The notes beneath the pieces were generated by a model. That model was given only the letters and a program-made list of their open reading frames with translations. It searched no databases and was not told where the DNA came from. Below are positions 1-7,252 of a stretch of DNA of 13,561 bases, piece by piece (within the stretch, counting starts at the first letter, position 1; each line of letters begins with the position of its first letter). Made by a program: the position numbers and the translations under genes. The DNA comes from an uncultured archaeon (GTDB lineage: Archaea; Asgardarchaeota; Thorarchaeia; Thorarchaeales; Thorarchaeaceae): positions 1 to 13,561 of the forward strand of contig CAZSWP010000061.1 of assembly GCA_964610875.1 (NCBI GenBank), read 5' to 3'.

Positions 1-1
1 T

Positions 2-496
2 ACTACTCAAACAAGGTTCGTAACTGGAATGGGAGAACCTCATCCTATTGAAAATGGATTTCGATGGGATCCAAGTATTGGATGTCCATATATTCCTTCC
101 ACCTCAATCAAAGGGGCCTTGAGAGCTTGGTTGGAATTGTACGAAGAAAAGGATGAGAAAGAGATCAAGAGTCTACTTGGAAGCCAAGAGCAGATAGGTT
201 CTCTCTGTATCTTTGATGCATATCCTGTCAAAAAATGCAAACTATCTCCAGACATTATCAATGCGCATTATGGAGAATACTATAGAGACAAAAAACAGGT
301 TCCTCCAGCGGATTATCTGAAACCAAATCCAGTATTCCTCCTAACAGTCAGTCCAGGAGCAATGTTTGAATTTTATTTCGCTCCTAATCACGGAACCTCC
401 ATCGATATTGAATCAATATCAAAGATGCTAACTGATACTGTGAGTTCAATTGGTCTTGGTGCAAAGACATCTCTTGGTTATGGTTGGTTTGAATAA
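2..496 (+). CDS. cmr6: Type III-B CRISPR RAMP effector subunit Cmr6, 5'-truncated by the window edge
   Basis: The frame is open from base 2 (TTQTRFVTGMGEPHPIENG). Cmr6/RAMP motifs are present: G-x-G-x-x-HP-x-ENG, GCPYIPSTSIKGALR, IFDAYP, DIINAHYGEYY, PxDxxxPNPVFLLTV, and the C-terminal glycine-rich loop GLGAKTSLGYG. Confidence 0.93.
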   Translation, partial: TTQTRFVTGMGEPHPIENGFRWDPSIGCPYIPSTSIKGALRAWLELYEEKDEKEIKSLLGSQEQIGSLCIFDAYPVKKCKLSPDIINAHYGEYYRDKKQVPPADYLKPNPVFLLTVSPGAMFEFYFAPNHGTSIDIESISKMLTDTVSSIGLGAKTSLGYGWFE

Positions 497-568
497 TAGT
501 TTGAGGGATAGATAATTCCTCCTTTTTCATATTTCTTCAATCTGCTGCAGCACCGGAGGTTTTTTGAG

Positions 569-619
569 ATGGTTCTCTGTAGCGAGGCCCATAACGCCTA
601 TTTTGGTGAAAACGCATAA
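569..619 (+). CDS. Putative 16-aa mini-ORF (MVLCSEAHNAYFGENA)
   Basis: SD GGAGGT at 555-560 lies 8 nt before ATG 569. TAA at 617-619 is 10 nt before the first CRISPR-like repeat. No homology evidence. Confidence 0.3.
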   Translation: MVLCSEAHNAYFGENA

Positions 620-629
620 AAAAGTACCA

Positions 630-728
630 GTTTCATTCAGACTAGTAATAGGGTTAAAAGCAGAAAATGGTATATAATCTTGCCTTTGGTACGTATGGTT
701 TCAATCGGACTAGAAGTAGGGTAGAGAA
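630..728 (+). CRISPR. Degenerate CRISPR mini-array: 2 repeats and 1 spacer
   Basis: R1 630-660 is GTTTCATTCAGACTAGTAATAGGGTTAAAAG and R2 698-728 is GTTTCAATCGGACTAGAAGTAGGGTAGAGAA (21/25 identical in the 5' part, 23/31 overall, ungapped). The spacer at 661-697 is 37 nt. The GTTTCA start and the ATTGAAAG-like 3' end are typical of Cas6-processed repeats. It lies 133 nt downstream of cmr6. Confidence 0.7.
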
Positions 729-839
729 CGATTGAATTAGCACTTAAGTTTACTTTTTTGGTTCTAATGCCATCTTTTACTATCGAATTGTTCAAAGCCT
801 TCATATCTAGGATTATGTCTATGAGAAATGGTGCGTCCT

Positions 840-2354
840 ATGAGTGAGATAGTGGCAGCAATTGACGCGGGCACCTCTGGTGTGAGGTCTCTGTTCTTTG
901 ACACTAATGGAACGGTTCTTAGTTCTGCCTATGAGGAGTTCCCAAGCATCTATCCGAGTCCATCATGGGTTGAACAGGATGCCCAGAACTGGTGGGAGAC
1001 CGCTTGTAGGACTCTCAAGAAGTGCATAAGCTCAACAGAGATTTCGATTGAGAAGATTGCTGGAATCAGCGTGACTAATCAACGAGAGACCACTGTACCC
1101 ATTGATGATGATGGTAATCCTCTTAGAAATGCGATTGTCTGGCAGGACCGACGTACGACCGAACAATGTGACTGGATAAAAGACATCACTTCACTGAAAT
1201 TCATCTATTCTCATACAGGTCTGACCATTGACCCCTATTTTTCAGCTCCAAAGATACTCTGGATAAAGAAACATGAACCAGAAATTTTTCAAAAGACCAG
1301 AAAATTCCTCTTGGTCCATGATTTCATCATCAATAGATTGTGCGGTGCTGAAATAACAGACCTATCTAATGCAAGTCGAACCATGCTTCTTGATCTCGCG
1401 AAAGGAGAGTGGTCTGATGAGATTCTCGAGATGTTTGAGATTCCCAAAGAGAAACTTCCACAACCCGTAGCACCGGGTGTGCAGGTAGGCGAGGTCTCTG
1501 AAGAAGCAGCAAAGTCAACAGGACTACCCAAAGGACTACCAGTAGTTGCGGGTGGTGGGGACCAGCAATGTGCAGCGCTAGGTGTGGGTGTTGTTGATGA
1601 GGGGTCGATCAAAGCCACTACAGGAACAGGAACATTCATGCTTGCGTTCTCAAAGGAAGCTGCTCTGGATTCAAAGTTTCGTGTATTGTGTAGTAGGCAT
1701 GTCGTTCCGGACTCTTTTGTTGTAGAAGCAAGTATGTTCACGACAGGGTCTGCTCTCAGATGGTTTAGGGATAACTTAGGCAAAGAAGAACGAATGGTTG
1801 CCGATGAGAAAGGTATGGACCCGTATGAAGTGATGACAGCTGAAGCTGACCAGATCTCTGCGGGTTCTGAGGGTGTCATTCATATCCCGCACTTTGTCGG
1901 TGCTGGTGCTCCGTATTGGAACCCATATGCGAGAGCTGTTTTTGCAGGGCTTGCACTCGGTCATACTCGTCAACACATGATGCGAGCGGTTCTCGAAGGA
2001 GTGGCATATGAGCTTCGCGCAAATTTGGAGATAATGAAAGAACTAGGTCTGGATGCAAACGAGATTCGTGCTACAGGTGGTGCAGCTAGAAGTAGTGAAT
2101 GGATGCAGATTCAGGCAGATGTGCTTGGTATCCCTATCATCAGAACTGAACTTGAAGAAGCAACTGCATTAGGTGCTGCTATCCTTGTCTGTAAAGGAGT
2201 AGGTATCTTCCCTGATGTCAGTGAAGCTGCGCGTGAGATGGTTCGAAAGAAGGACACACTACTACCCCAAGAGGAGAACCGTTCTGTATACGATGAAGGA
2301 TTTGAAAGATACAGGTCTCTCTATTCCGCAGTTTCCGATATACGATGGTACTAG
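840..2354 (+). CDS. FGGY-family carbohydrate kinase (glycerol kinase/xylulokinase-like)
   Basis: Motifs IDAGTSGVR, TNQRETT, NAIVWQDRRT, DPYFSAPK, TDxSNASRTML, GGGDQQ, TGTGTF, GAPYW, GGAARS...QIQADVLG and EATALGAA. Start at ATG 840 (alternative 828). The substrate cannot be assigned from motifs alone. Confidence 0.92.
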   Translation: MSEIVAAIDAGTSGVRSLFFDTNGTVLSSAYEEFPSIYPSPSWVEQDAQNWWETACRTLKKCISSTEISIEKIAGISVTNQRETTVPIDDDGNPLRNAIVWQDRRTTEQCDWIKDITSLKFIYSHTGLTIDPYFSAPKILWIKKHEPEIFQKTRKFLLVHDFIINRLCGAEITDLSNASRTMLLDLAKGEWSDEILEMFEIPKEKLPQPVAPGVQVGEVSEEAAKSTGLPKGLPVVAGGGDQQCAALGVGVVDEGSIKATTGTGTFMLAFSKEAALDSKFRVLCSRHVVPDSFVVEASMFTTGSALRWFRDNLGKEERMVADEKGMDPYEVMTAEADQISAGSEGVIHIPHFVGAGAPYWNPYARAVFAGLALGHTRQHMMRAVLEGVAYELRANLEIMKELGLDANEIRATGGAARSSEWMQIQADVLGIPIIRTELEEATALGAAILVCKGVGIFPDVSEAAREMVRKKDTLLPQEENRSVYDEGFERYRSLYSAVSDIRWY

Positions 2355-2357
2355 TGA

Positions 2358-3644
2358 TCATTTAGCATAGACTGCAATCTTGTTCCCTTTATCTAGAACA
2401 ATGATCTTGACATCAGGGTCTTCCTTTATCCAATCATCAACGACCTTTTGGGGGTCCTCGACTTTCGCAATGTGTACCTTTTCAACAGTTTCTTTGTCAA
2501 GATTCGTATACATCTTGATACTGGAAACATTCCTCATCAGATCTGCAAACTTGTAGGCTTTGTGTTCATAGAGATGATAGGTATCACTAATTGAACTTAG
2601 TACTTCATCAATAGGTGCAGTGAGCTTATTATAGAAGTTCTCGATTGCTGATTCTGGAGCAACACCATCTCGACATTCTGCAAGAAACAGAATCTCTCCT
2701 CCGTTTTCAACTGCATTCTTTGTAAGCTCTATCGCACGCTGGGCATGATATAGACTCTTGTCCTGAGGATACCCTCCTGGTGAAACAATTATTCGGGGAG
2801 CTGGTTTAACTTCAAAACTGGAGATTTCATCCAGTATTTCAATCCCTCCAGCTGTGACAGGTATTATTTTACCTGCATCTACCCAGACGAGTTTTTGGTC
2901 GTTCGTCACAATACCAAGGACGAAGACCTTTGCATTTCCTCGAATAATCTCCATCGCCTCTCTCATATCATCAGCAAGTGGATTGTTTCTTCTCTCCTCA
3001 TCTGGATGATATGGGTGAAGACCAAAAGTAGAATTCGGGTCCAGTGCCATGGCATGGTTTGCTTCAATTGATTTGAATGCACACACTCCCGGAAGGAAGT
3101 TTTTCAGTGCATTTGAATAACCCGCGAAATAATGCGCCTTCATGTCAGATAGAACCACATACACATCATGGCCTACAGCTGCAGATGTAACGATAAGTGG
3201 GGTGCCTCTACTTGTCTTCCCAACCTCTGTGACATCCTCACTCATGCAGTCATTGATGATTACGTCATAGTTTCTCAGTTTGTTCTCCTTCGCAACCCGA
3301 TGAATCATATCTACAATCTTGAGGTTGCCTGGATGGTTAACCTCGTGAGAACCTGTAGTTATAATGAAATTGACACGATTTGCATCGGTTATTCTGGGGA
3401 CTATAGCTGTGAGTAGCTCCCAATGTGGCTCATCTCTAGTATGGTCTTCAACCATTACACATACATTCTTACTCATGGCTAGTTTCTCAAGAGCCTCGCC
3501 ATGTGGATTTTCTAGCACACGATTAAGTTCACTGAGTGTGTCACCAATCACTTTTGGTACCTTAGGTGCGACAGTCTGTGCCAGATTTCTCTCGGGAATT
3601 TCTAGTTCTATTTTCCCATCACCATAGGTTAGAGCTACTTTCAT
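2358..3644 (-). CDS. larA: LarA-family nickel-pincer-nucleotide-dependent racemase/epimerase (lactate racemase homologue)
   Basis: Motifs YGDGKIELEIP, DHTR, TGSH, G-x-TSRGTP, HYFAGYS-x-x-x-K-x-x-LPGV, IEANH, SPGGYPQD-x-x-LY and GGEILFLAECRDG. SD GAGGAGG lies upstream of the ATG. Confidence 0.9.
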   Translation of the reverse strand: MKVALTYGDGKIELEIPERNLAQTVAPKVPKVIGDTLSELNRVLENPHGEALEKLAMSKNVCVMVEDHTRDEPHWELLTAIVPRITDANRVNFIITTGSHEVNHPGNLKIVDMIHRVAKENKLRNYDVIINDCMSEDVTEVGKTSRGTPLIVTSAAVGHDVYVVLSDMKAHYFAGYSNALKNFLPGVCAFKSIEANHAMALDPNSTFGLHPYHPDEERRNNPLADDMREAMEIIRGNAKVFVLGIVTNDQKLVWVDAGKIIPVTAGGIEILDEISSFEVKPAPRIIVSPGGYPQDKSLYHAQRAIELTKNAVENGGEILFLAECRDGVAPESAIENFYNKLTAPIDEVLSSISDTYHLYEHKAYKFADLMRNVSSIKMYTNLDKETVEKVHIAKVEDPQKVVDDWIKEDPDVKIIVLDKGNKIAVYAK

Positions 3645-3750
3645 TGGGTTTCCTCCTCTAATATTCGCATCTTCATGAAGAAAAAGTTTGACTAAGGTGC
3701 ATCTTGAGGAAATCGGTAAGACTGATAACTGCCTTCACCTATTCTCGCCT

Positions 3751-4077
3751 ATGACCAACTCTGAGGAAGACTTTTCTGGATTGACCGGTTTCGGTCGTTG
3801 GTTTGCACTAGCCACAGAATTGCCCTGTGCAGTCATATCCATGCTATTAGTTGGTCAGATTTTGGGTTCGTCTTTATTTGGCCCAACTGGAGCGATATGG
3901 GGTGCTCTTCTAGGTTTGGTGTTTGGATTCTTCCTAGGGGTATATGGTGTATATGCGACAATTGGATATTACGAGAAATTGGAAGAAAGAGAAACTGTGA
4001 GAAGGCAATATATGCCTCCTCACGAAGAGATCTTTGAGGATGTGAAGTTCGAACTAGATGACACTGATGAGAATTAA
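3751..4077 (+). CDS. Small 2-TM membrane protein, AtpZ/AtpI (ATPase gene1)-like
   Basis: Two Gly-rich hydrophobic helices (ALATELPCAVISMLLVGQILG; WGALLGLVFGFFLGVYGVY) with G-x-x-x-G spacing as in ATPase_gene1/AtpZ proteins, plus an acidic tail. ATG 3751 is preferred over TTG 3688. It lies next to ATPase genes. The family call is by eye. Confidence 0.55.
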   Translation: MTNSEEDFSGLTGFGRWFALATELPCAVISMLLVGQILGSSLFGPTGAIWGALLGLVFGFFLGVYGVYATIGYYEKLEERETVRRQYMPPHEEIFEDVKFELDDTDEN

Positions 4078-4649
4078 GGTTCAAGGAACTCTGAATCATC
4101 CGCATCTAGTACTTCGAGGATCAATTTAGTAGCTCCGCGTCCCACACCTGCTATGATGATTTGGATTAGAAGTGCTATGAAGAATGCACCAAGAGCATAT
4201 CCAAAGATTAGCAAAGATATTGAGTTATATTGCTCAGCGAGTGGGATCAGATAGGTCATGTGAATGAGATACCATGAATAAACTCCAAACACTGTAATTG
4301 TCACAATGAGTAGAGCTAAGGTGTAGACTACTGCTTTGATTCTTGGTGAGTCCATTCGTACACGTTCAATACCTGGTCCAATCACAAAGTTGGAAATTCT
4401 TCTTGAGAACCGAATGAAAACTCCTATAGCTGCGAGAAATACTAAGAGCGTTATTACGATACCCCCAAGCAGCAGTAGTATCTTGATATTATCAGGGATA
4501 CTTGGCAGAAACCCTCCAATGAAGAATGCCGCCAATGACCCTATCATCACAATAAAGGAAATAATCTGAATTACGAAGGTAATTGTACCCGAGTTCCTAA
4601 ACAGACTTCCTATGTCGATGTAATCATCAATACTCCGTTCTTCTGTCAT
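4074..4649 (-). CDS. Hypothetical 4-TM membrane protein
   Basis: 191-aa ORF with four clear hydrophobic segments. Its stop overlaps the convergent gene by 4 nt (TTAA). It is divergent from ATPase subunit C. Confidence 0.8.
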   Translation of the reverse strand: MTEERSIDDYIDIGSLFRNSGTITFVIQIISFIVMIGSLAAFFIGGFLPSIPDNIKILLLLGGIVITLLVFLAAIGVFIRFSRRISNFVIGPGIERVRMDSPRIKAVVYTLALLIVTITVFGVYSWYLIHMTYLIPLAEQYNSISLLIFGYALGAFFIALLIQIIIAGVGRGATKLILEVLDADDSEFLEP

Positions 4650-4786
4650 CTAATTAACCTAGTCTGATAGAGCACGCTGTGTTATTTGAATCTTCATATA
4701 ATATTGCTAGTTCGTCAAGCTTATATCACAAGTCCAAAAGCAAAAGGTACACGGCATATTTCTCCACAGATACCACATTGGTGATA

Positions 4787-5854
4787 ATGGTGATTTTAAG
4801 GGCTGCAAACCAATACGGATTCGTCAATGCACGGATTCGTGGAATGATGGCAAAGTTTCTCACATTAGAAACTTATGAGAATCTACTGCAGTCCGATTCC
4901 TATGAGGAATTCATGAAAGGACTCGCCAACACATATTATGGCCCTATTGTAAGCAAAGCCTATCCTTCTGAAACGCCGTCTCCGGATGAACTGGCATTGG
5001 TGCTTTCAGCTGACTTTGCTGAGGTATCTTACAAGCTCTCAAGGTCACTCTCTGGAAAAGTGCAGGAGTTCACAAAATCGTATGTGCTGATGTTTCTCGC
5101 TGAGAGCATAAAATCCATGCTGCGAGGAATCCATGTTGGTCTTGATAAAGAAGAGATACTTCGATTTTCAGTTCCAACCACAAAAGAGCAAGCAGAGGAA
5201 TTTGAACACTTGGCCGAGTTTCGTTCTGTCCATGAGTTTGTTGAGAATCTGGACCATCCAGATATCAAACTAGTCTTGCTCACAAAGTTGCCAGTCTACG
5301 AAGAGCTGAACTCTACAGCACCTCTAGAGGTGGCAGTTGAAAGTTGGTATTTAAACAAGATTCTGAAATCTTTAGAACCCTTCTCAAATGACGATCGAAA
5401 GAGAGTACTCGACATCCTGGAGGCTCGAGTTGACCTTCGTAATGTACTTACTATGATGAGAGCATTGCTTCTACAGTTGGACACGCGTGCTATAGAGATG
5501 TCCTTAGTACGATTCACTAGGAAGTCAATCTTACTACTGGAGAAAATAAAGAAAAAGACATCTTGGCGTGAGGTTCTTGCAGAACTCGAAACAACAAGAT
5601 ATTCTGAACTTGCAGGCAGGATTGCTCGAATGTATGAGGAGTCCCAGAGCTTGGTGGATGTTGAACTGGCGATTGAAGACTATTTGGCTCAAAGAGTCAA
5701 ATTACAGTTCACAGCGTTTCCTTTCCATCTGGGTATTGTAGTAGGGTTTTTTAATCTGAAATACTACAAAGTTCGCAATGTACGGTCTATTGCCGTGGGG
5801 ATAGAACGTGGTGAGTCTGCTGAAGTCATCAGAAAGATGATAACAATATGGTGA
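4787..5854 (+). CDS. atpC: A/V-type ATP synthase subunit C (V0 d homologue)
   Basis: N-terminal YGFVNARIRGMMAKFL, central D-x-x-N-x-x-T-x-x-R and C-terminal K-x-x-x-VRNVRSIAVG motifs, length about 355 aa. GGTGA SD at 4780-4784 supports a start at 4787 or 4790. Confidence 0.9.
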   Translation: MVILRAANQYGFVNARIRGMMAKFLTLETYENLLQSDSYEEFMKGLANTYYGPIVSKAYPSETPSPDELALVLSADFAEVSYKLSRSLSGKVQEFTKSYVLMFLAESIKSMLRGIHVGLDKEEILRFSVPTTKEQAEEFEHLAEFRSVHEFVENLDHPDIKLVLLTKLPVYEELNSTAPLEVAVESWYLNKILKSLEPFSNDDRKRVLDILEARVDLRNVLTMMRALLLQLDTRAIEMSLVRFTRKSILLLEKIKKKTSWREVLAELETTRYSELAGRIARMYEESQSLVDVELAIEDYLAQRVKLQFTAFPFHLGIVVGFFNLKYYKVRNVRSIAVGIERGESAEVIRKMITIW

Positions 5855-5873
5855 AATGAAAGAGGATTATTCA

Positions 5874-6254
5874 ATGAAACTAAACACACGAACAAGTCTT
5901 TTGCTATTCATGCTTGGTGCTATAGTGTTCACAATCGTAGCTTCCCTCATCACCTTGCCTGTTTCGGCGGTTGGTGACACATCCAATCCAGTTTTCCAAC
6001 CCCTTCAGGATGAAGGTACTGGCTTGAGCATTCTTGGTATCGCTATTGGTGCAGGATTAGCAATCGGTCTCACAGGAATTGGTGGTGCACTTGGAATGGG
6101 CACTGCATCTGCAGCAGCACTAGGTGCTATCACCGAAAGGCCTGAAACATTTGGAAAATCGATTCTATACGTTGTATTCATAGAAGCTATAGCCATCTAT
6201 GGATTTGTGATAGCATTCCTACTTGTCAGTTACATACCTTTCTTACTCCCGTAA
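5874..6254 (+). CDS. atpK: A/V-type ATP synthase subunit K (c, proteolipid), single hairpin with N-terminal hydrophobic extension
   Basis: GAGLAIGLTGIGGALGMG, loop ERPETFGK, and ion-binding Glu in FIEAIAIYG. Start at 5874 (alternative 5856). Confidence 0.95.
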   Translation: MKLNTRTSLLLFMLGAIVFTIVASLITLPVSAVGDTSNPVFQPLQDEGTGLSILGIAIGAGLAIGLTGIGGALGMGTASAAALGAITERPETFGKSILYVVFIEAIAIYGFVIAFLLVSYIPFLLP

Positions 6255-6273
6255 TATAGACATGTTTTGAACG

Positions 6274-6301
6274 AAGAGGTCGGGCTACTGGCCCACCTCT
6301 T
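6274..6301. terminator. Stem-loop between convergent atpK and atpE, probable bidirectional terminator or mRNA stabiliser
   Basis: AAGAGGT-C-GGGC-TACTG-GCCC-ACCTCTT forms an 11-bp stem with a 1-nt bulge inside the 54-bp intergenic gap. Confidence 0.65.
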
Positions 6302-6308
6302 TGACGAA

Positions 6309-6929
6309 TCATTCTTTTTTGCTAAATAGTGTAGAGAATATTTTCTCACGAATTTTGTTGTACATTCTTACAAGGCGTGCCTCGAATGTGTTGTCAACTA
6401 GCCTCTTCCCGTCAAGAGTGCGAATAATGAGTCCACCTTCTGATCTAATGGTGTCTTTTGCAACAGTAACTGATACTTTCTCTCCTAATTCTTTTGAAGC
6501 ATGTTTTGTGATTGATGCGATATCTAAAGCATCTTCATGTCCTGCTGGTAGAACAAGTTCCACTTCCTCTGTTTGAAGTGCATGAATACCCATAACTGCG
6601 AAGTGTGTTAGAATATCTGCATAGCTTTTACTCTTCGATTTCTTTTTCATTTCCTCTTCCACTTCAAGCAGTATATTGTTTATCAGGCTCTCCTTTGCTT
6701 CAAGAACCCGATATTTTGCATGTAATTTTGCATTTGCCTTTTTTTGTGTGATTGCACTCTCTTTCTGCTTCTTTGCCTGTTCAAGTATCTTTTCTCTAGT
6801 TTCATTTGCCTTCTTTTGGGCCTCTTCAATAAGGACTGACTTTCGATGTTCTGCTTTGTTCAAGATGGCTTCTACTCTCTCATCTGCCTTGGAGTAAATC
6901 ATCTCGACTATATTATCAATACCTGTCAC
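6309..6929 (-). CDS. atpE: A/V-type ATP synthase subunit E (peripheral stalk)
   Basis: N-terminal G-x-D-x-I then coiled coil, and C-terminal GGLIIRTLDGKRLVDNTFEARL signature. 206 aa, GTG start. Confidence 0.93.
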   Translation of the reverse strand: MTGIDNIVEMIYSKADERVEAILNKAEHRKSVLIEEAQKKANETREKILEQAKKQKESAITQKKANAKLHAKYRVLEAKESLINNILLEVEEEMKKKSKSKSYADILTHFAVMGIHALQTEEVELVLPAGHEDALDIASITKHASKELGEKVSVTVAKDTIRSEGGLIIRTLDGKRLVDNTFEARLVRMYNKIREKIFSTLFSKKE

Positions 6930-6931
6930 TT

Positions 6932-7252
6932 TTACTCCTCCAGAAGCATTTTCAATACCTCTTTGATGACCTCTTTGTGCTTTTGAGATGCTTGTTCTTC
7001 AAGACTACTGATGTTTACCTTCGTTTCCTTCTCGATTTTAGATTCGACCTTCTTTGATTCTTTTTGGACACTTTCAATGAGTTCTTTTGCTTCTCGTCTT
7101 GCGGCCTCCTCAATACTTGCAAGGATATCTCTTGCTTCTTTTTCTGCTGTTTCATTTATCTCCCGAGCTCTCCTTTCTGCCTCTTCTATCCTTGCCTTTG
7201 CTGCGAGCTCAGCAGCATGAATCTGGTCAGTACCGTCTTGTGCAGAAACCAT
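6932..7252 (-). CDS. atpH: A/V-type ATP synthase subunit H (G-like peripheral stalk)
   Basis: 106-aa E/A/K/R-rich coiled coil (I-x-x-AE-x-x-A-x-x-x-IEEA). It ends 2 nt upstream of atpE. SD AGGTGA. Confidence 0.85.
   Translation of the reverse strand: MVSAQDGTDQIHAAELAAKARIEEAERRAREINETAEKEARDILASIEEAARREAKELIESVQKESKKVESKIEKETKVNISSLEEQASQKHKEVIKEVLKMLLEE

Noticed and set aside
517-525. AAGGAGG SD-like word on the minus strand after cmr6
   Set aside because: No start codon at a suitable distance. The plus-strand pyrimidine tract is better explained as a cmr transcript terminator.
761-797. Possible third CRISPR repeat starting GTTCTAAT
   Set aside because: Similarity to R1/R2 stops after about 8 nt and the spacing (63 nt) is off the 68-nt period. 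No repeat was found at ~562 either.
1289-1879. 196-aa antisense ORF and the other short shadow ORFs inside the kinase, larA, ATPase, 777-aa and IS genes
   Set aside because: They fully overlap well-supported genes on the opposite strand or frame, and have Ser/Phe-rich antisense composition with no motifs.
4679-4786. N-terminal extension of atpC in the ORF track (similarly 3688-3750 and 7377-7415)
   Set aside because: The extensions are non-homologous and overlap promoter-like intergenic sequence. Downstream ATGs fit family lengths better, with SD-like motifs at atpC and atpI.
7191-7200. Spacer match CTTGCCTTTG inside atpH
   Set aside because: Only 10 contiguous nt, which is expected by chance in 13.5 kb on two strands. 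It is not evidence of self-targeting.
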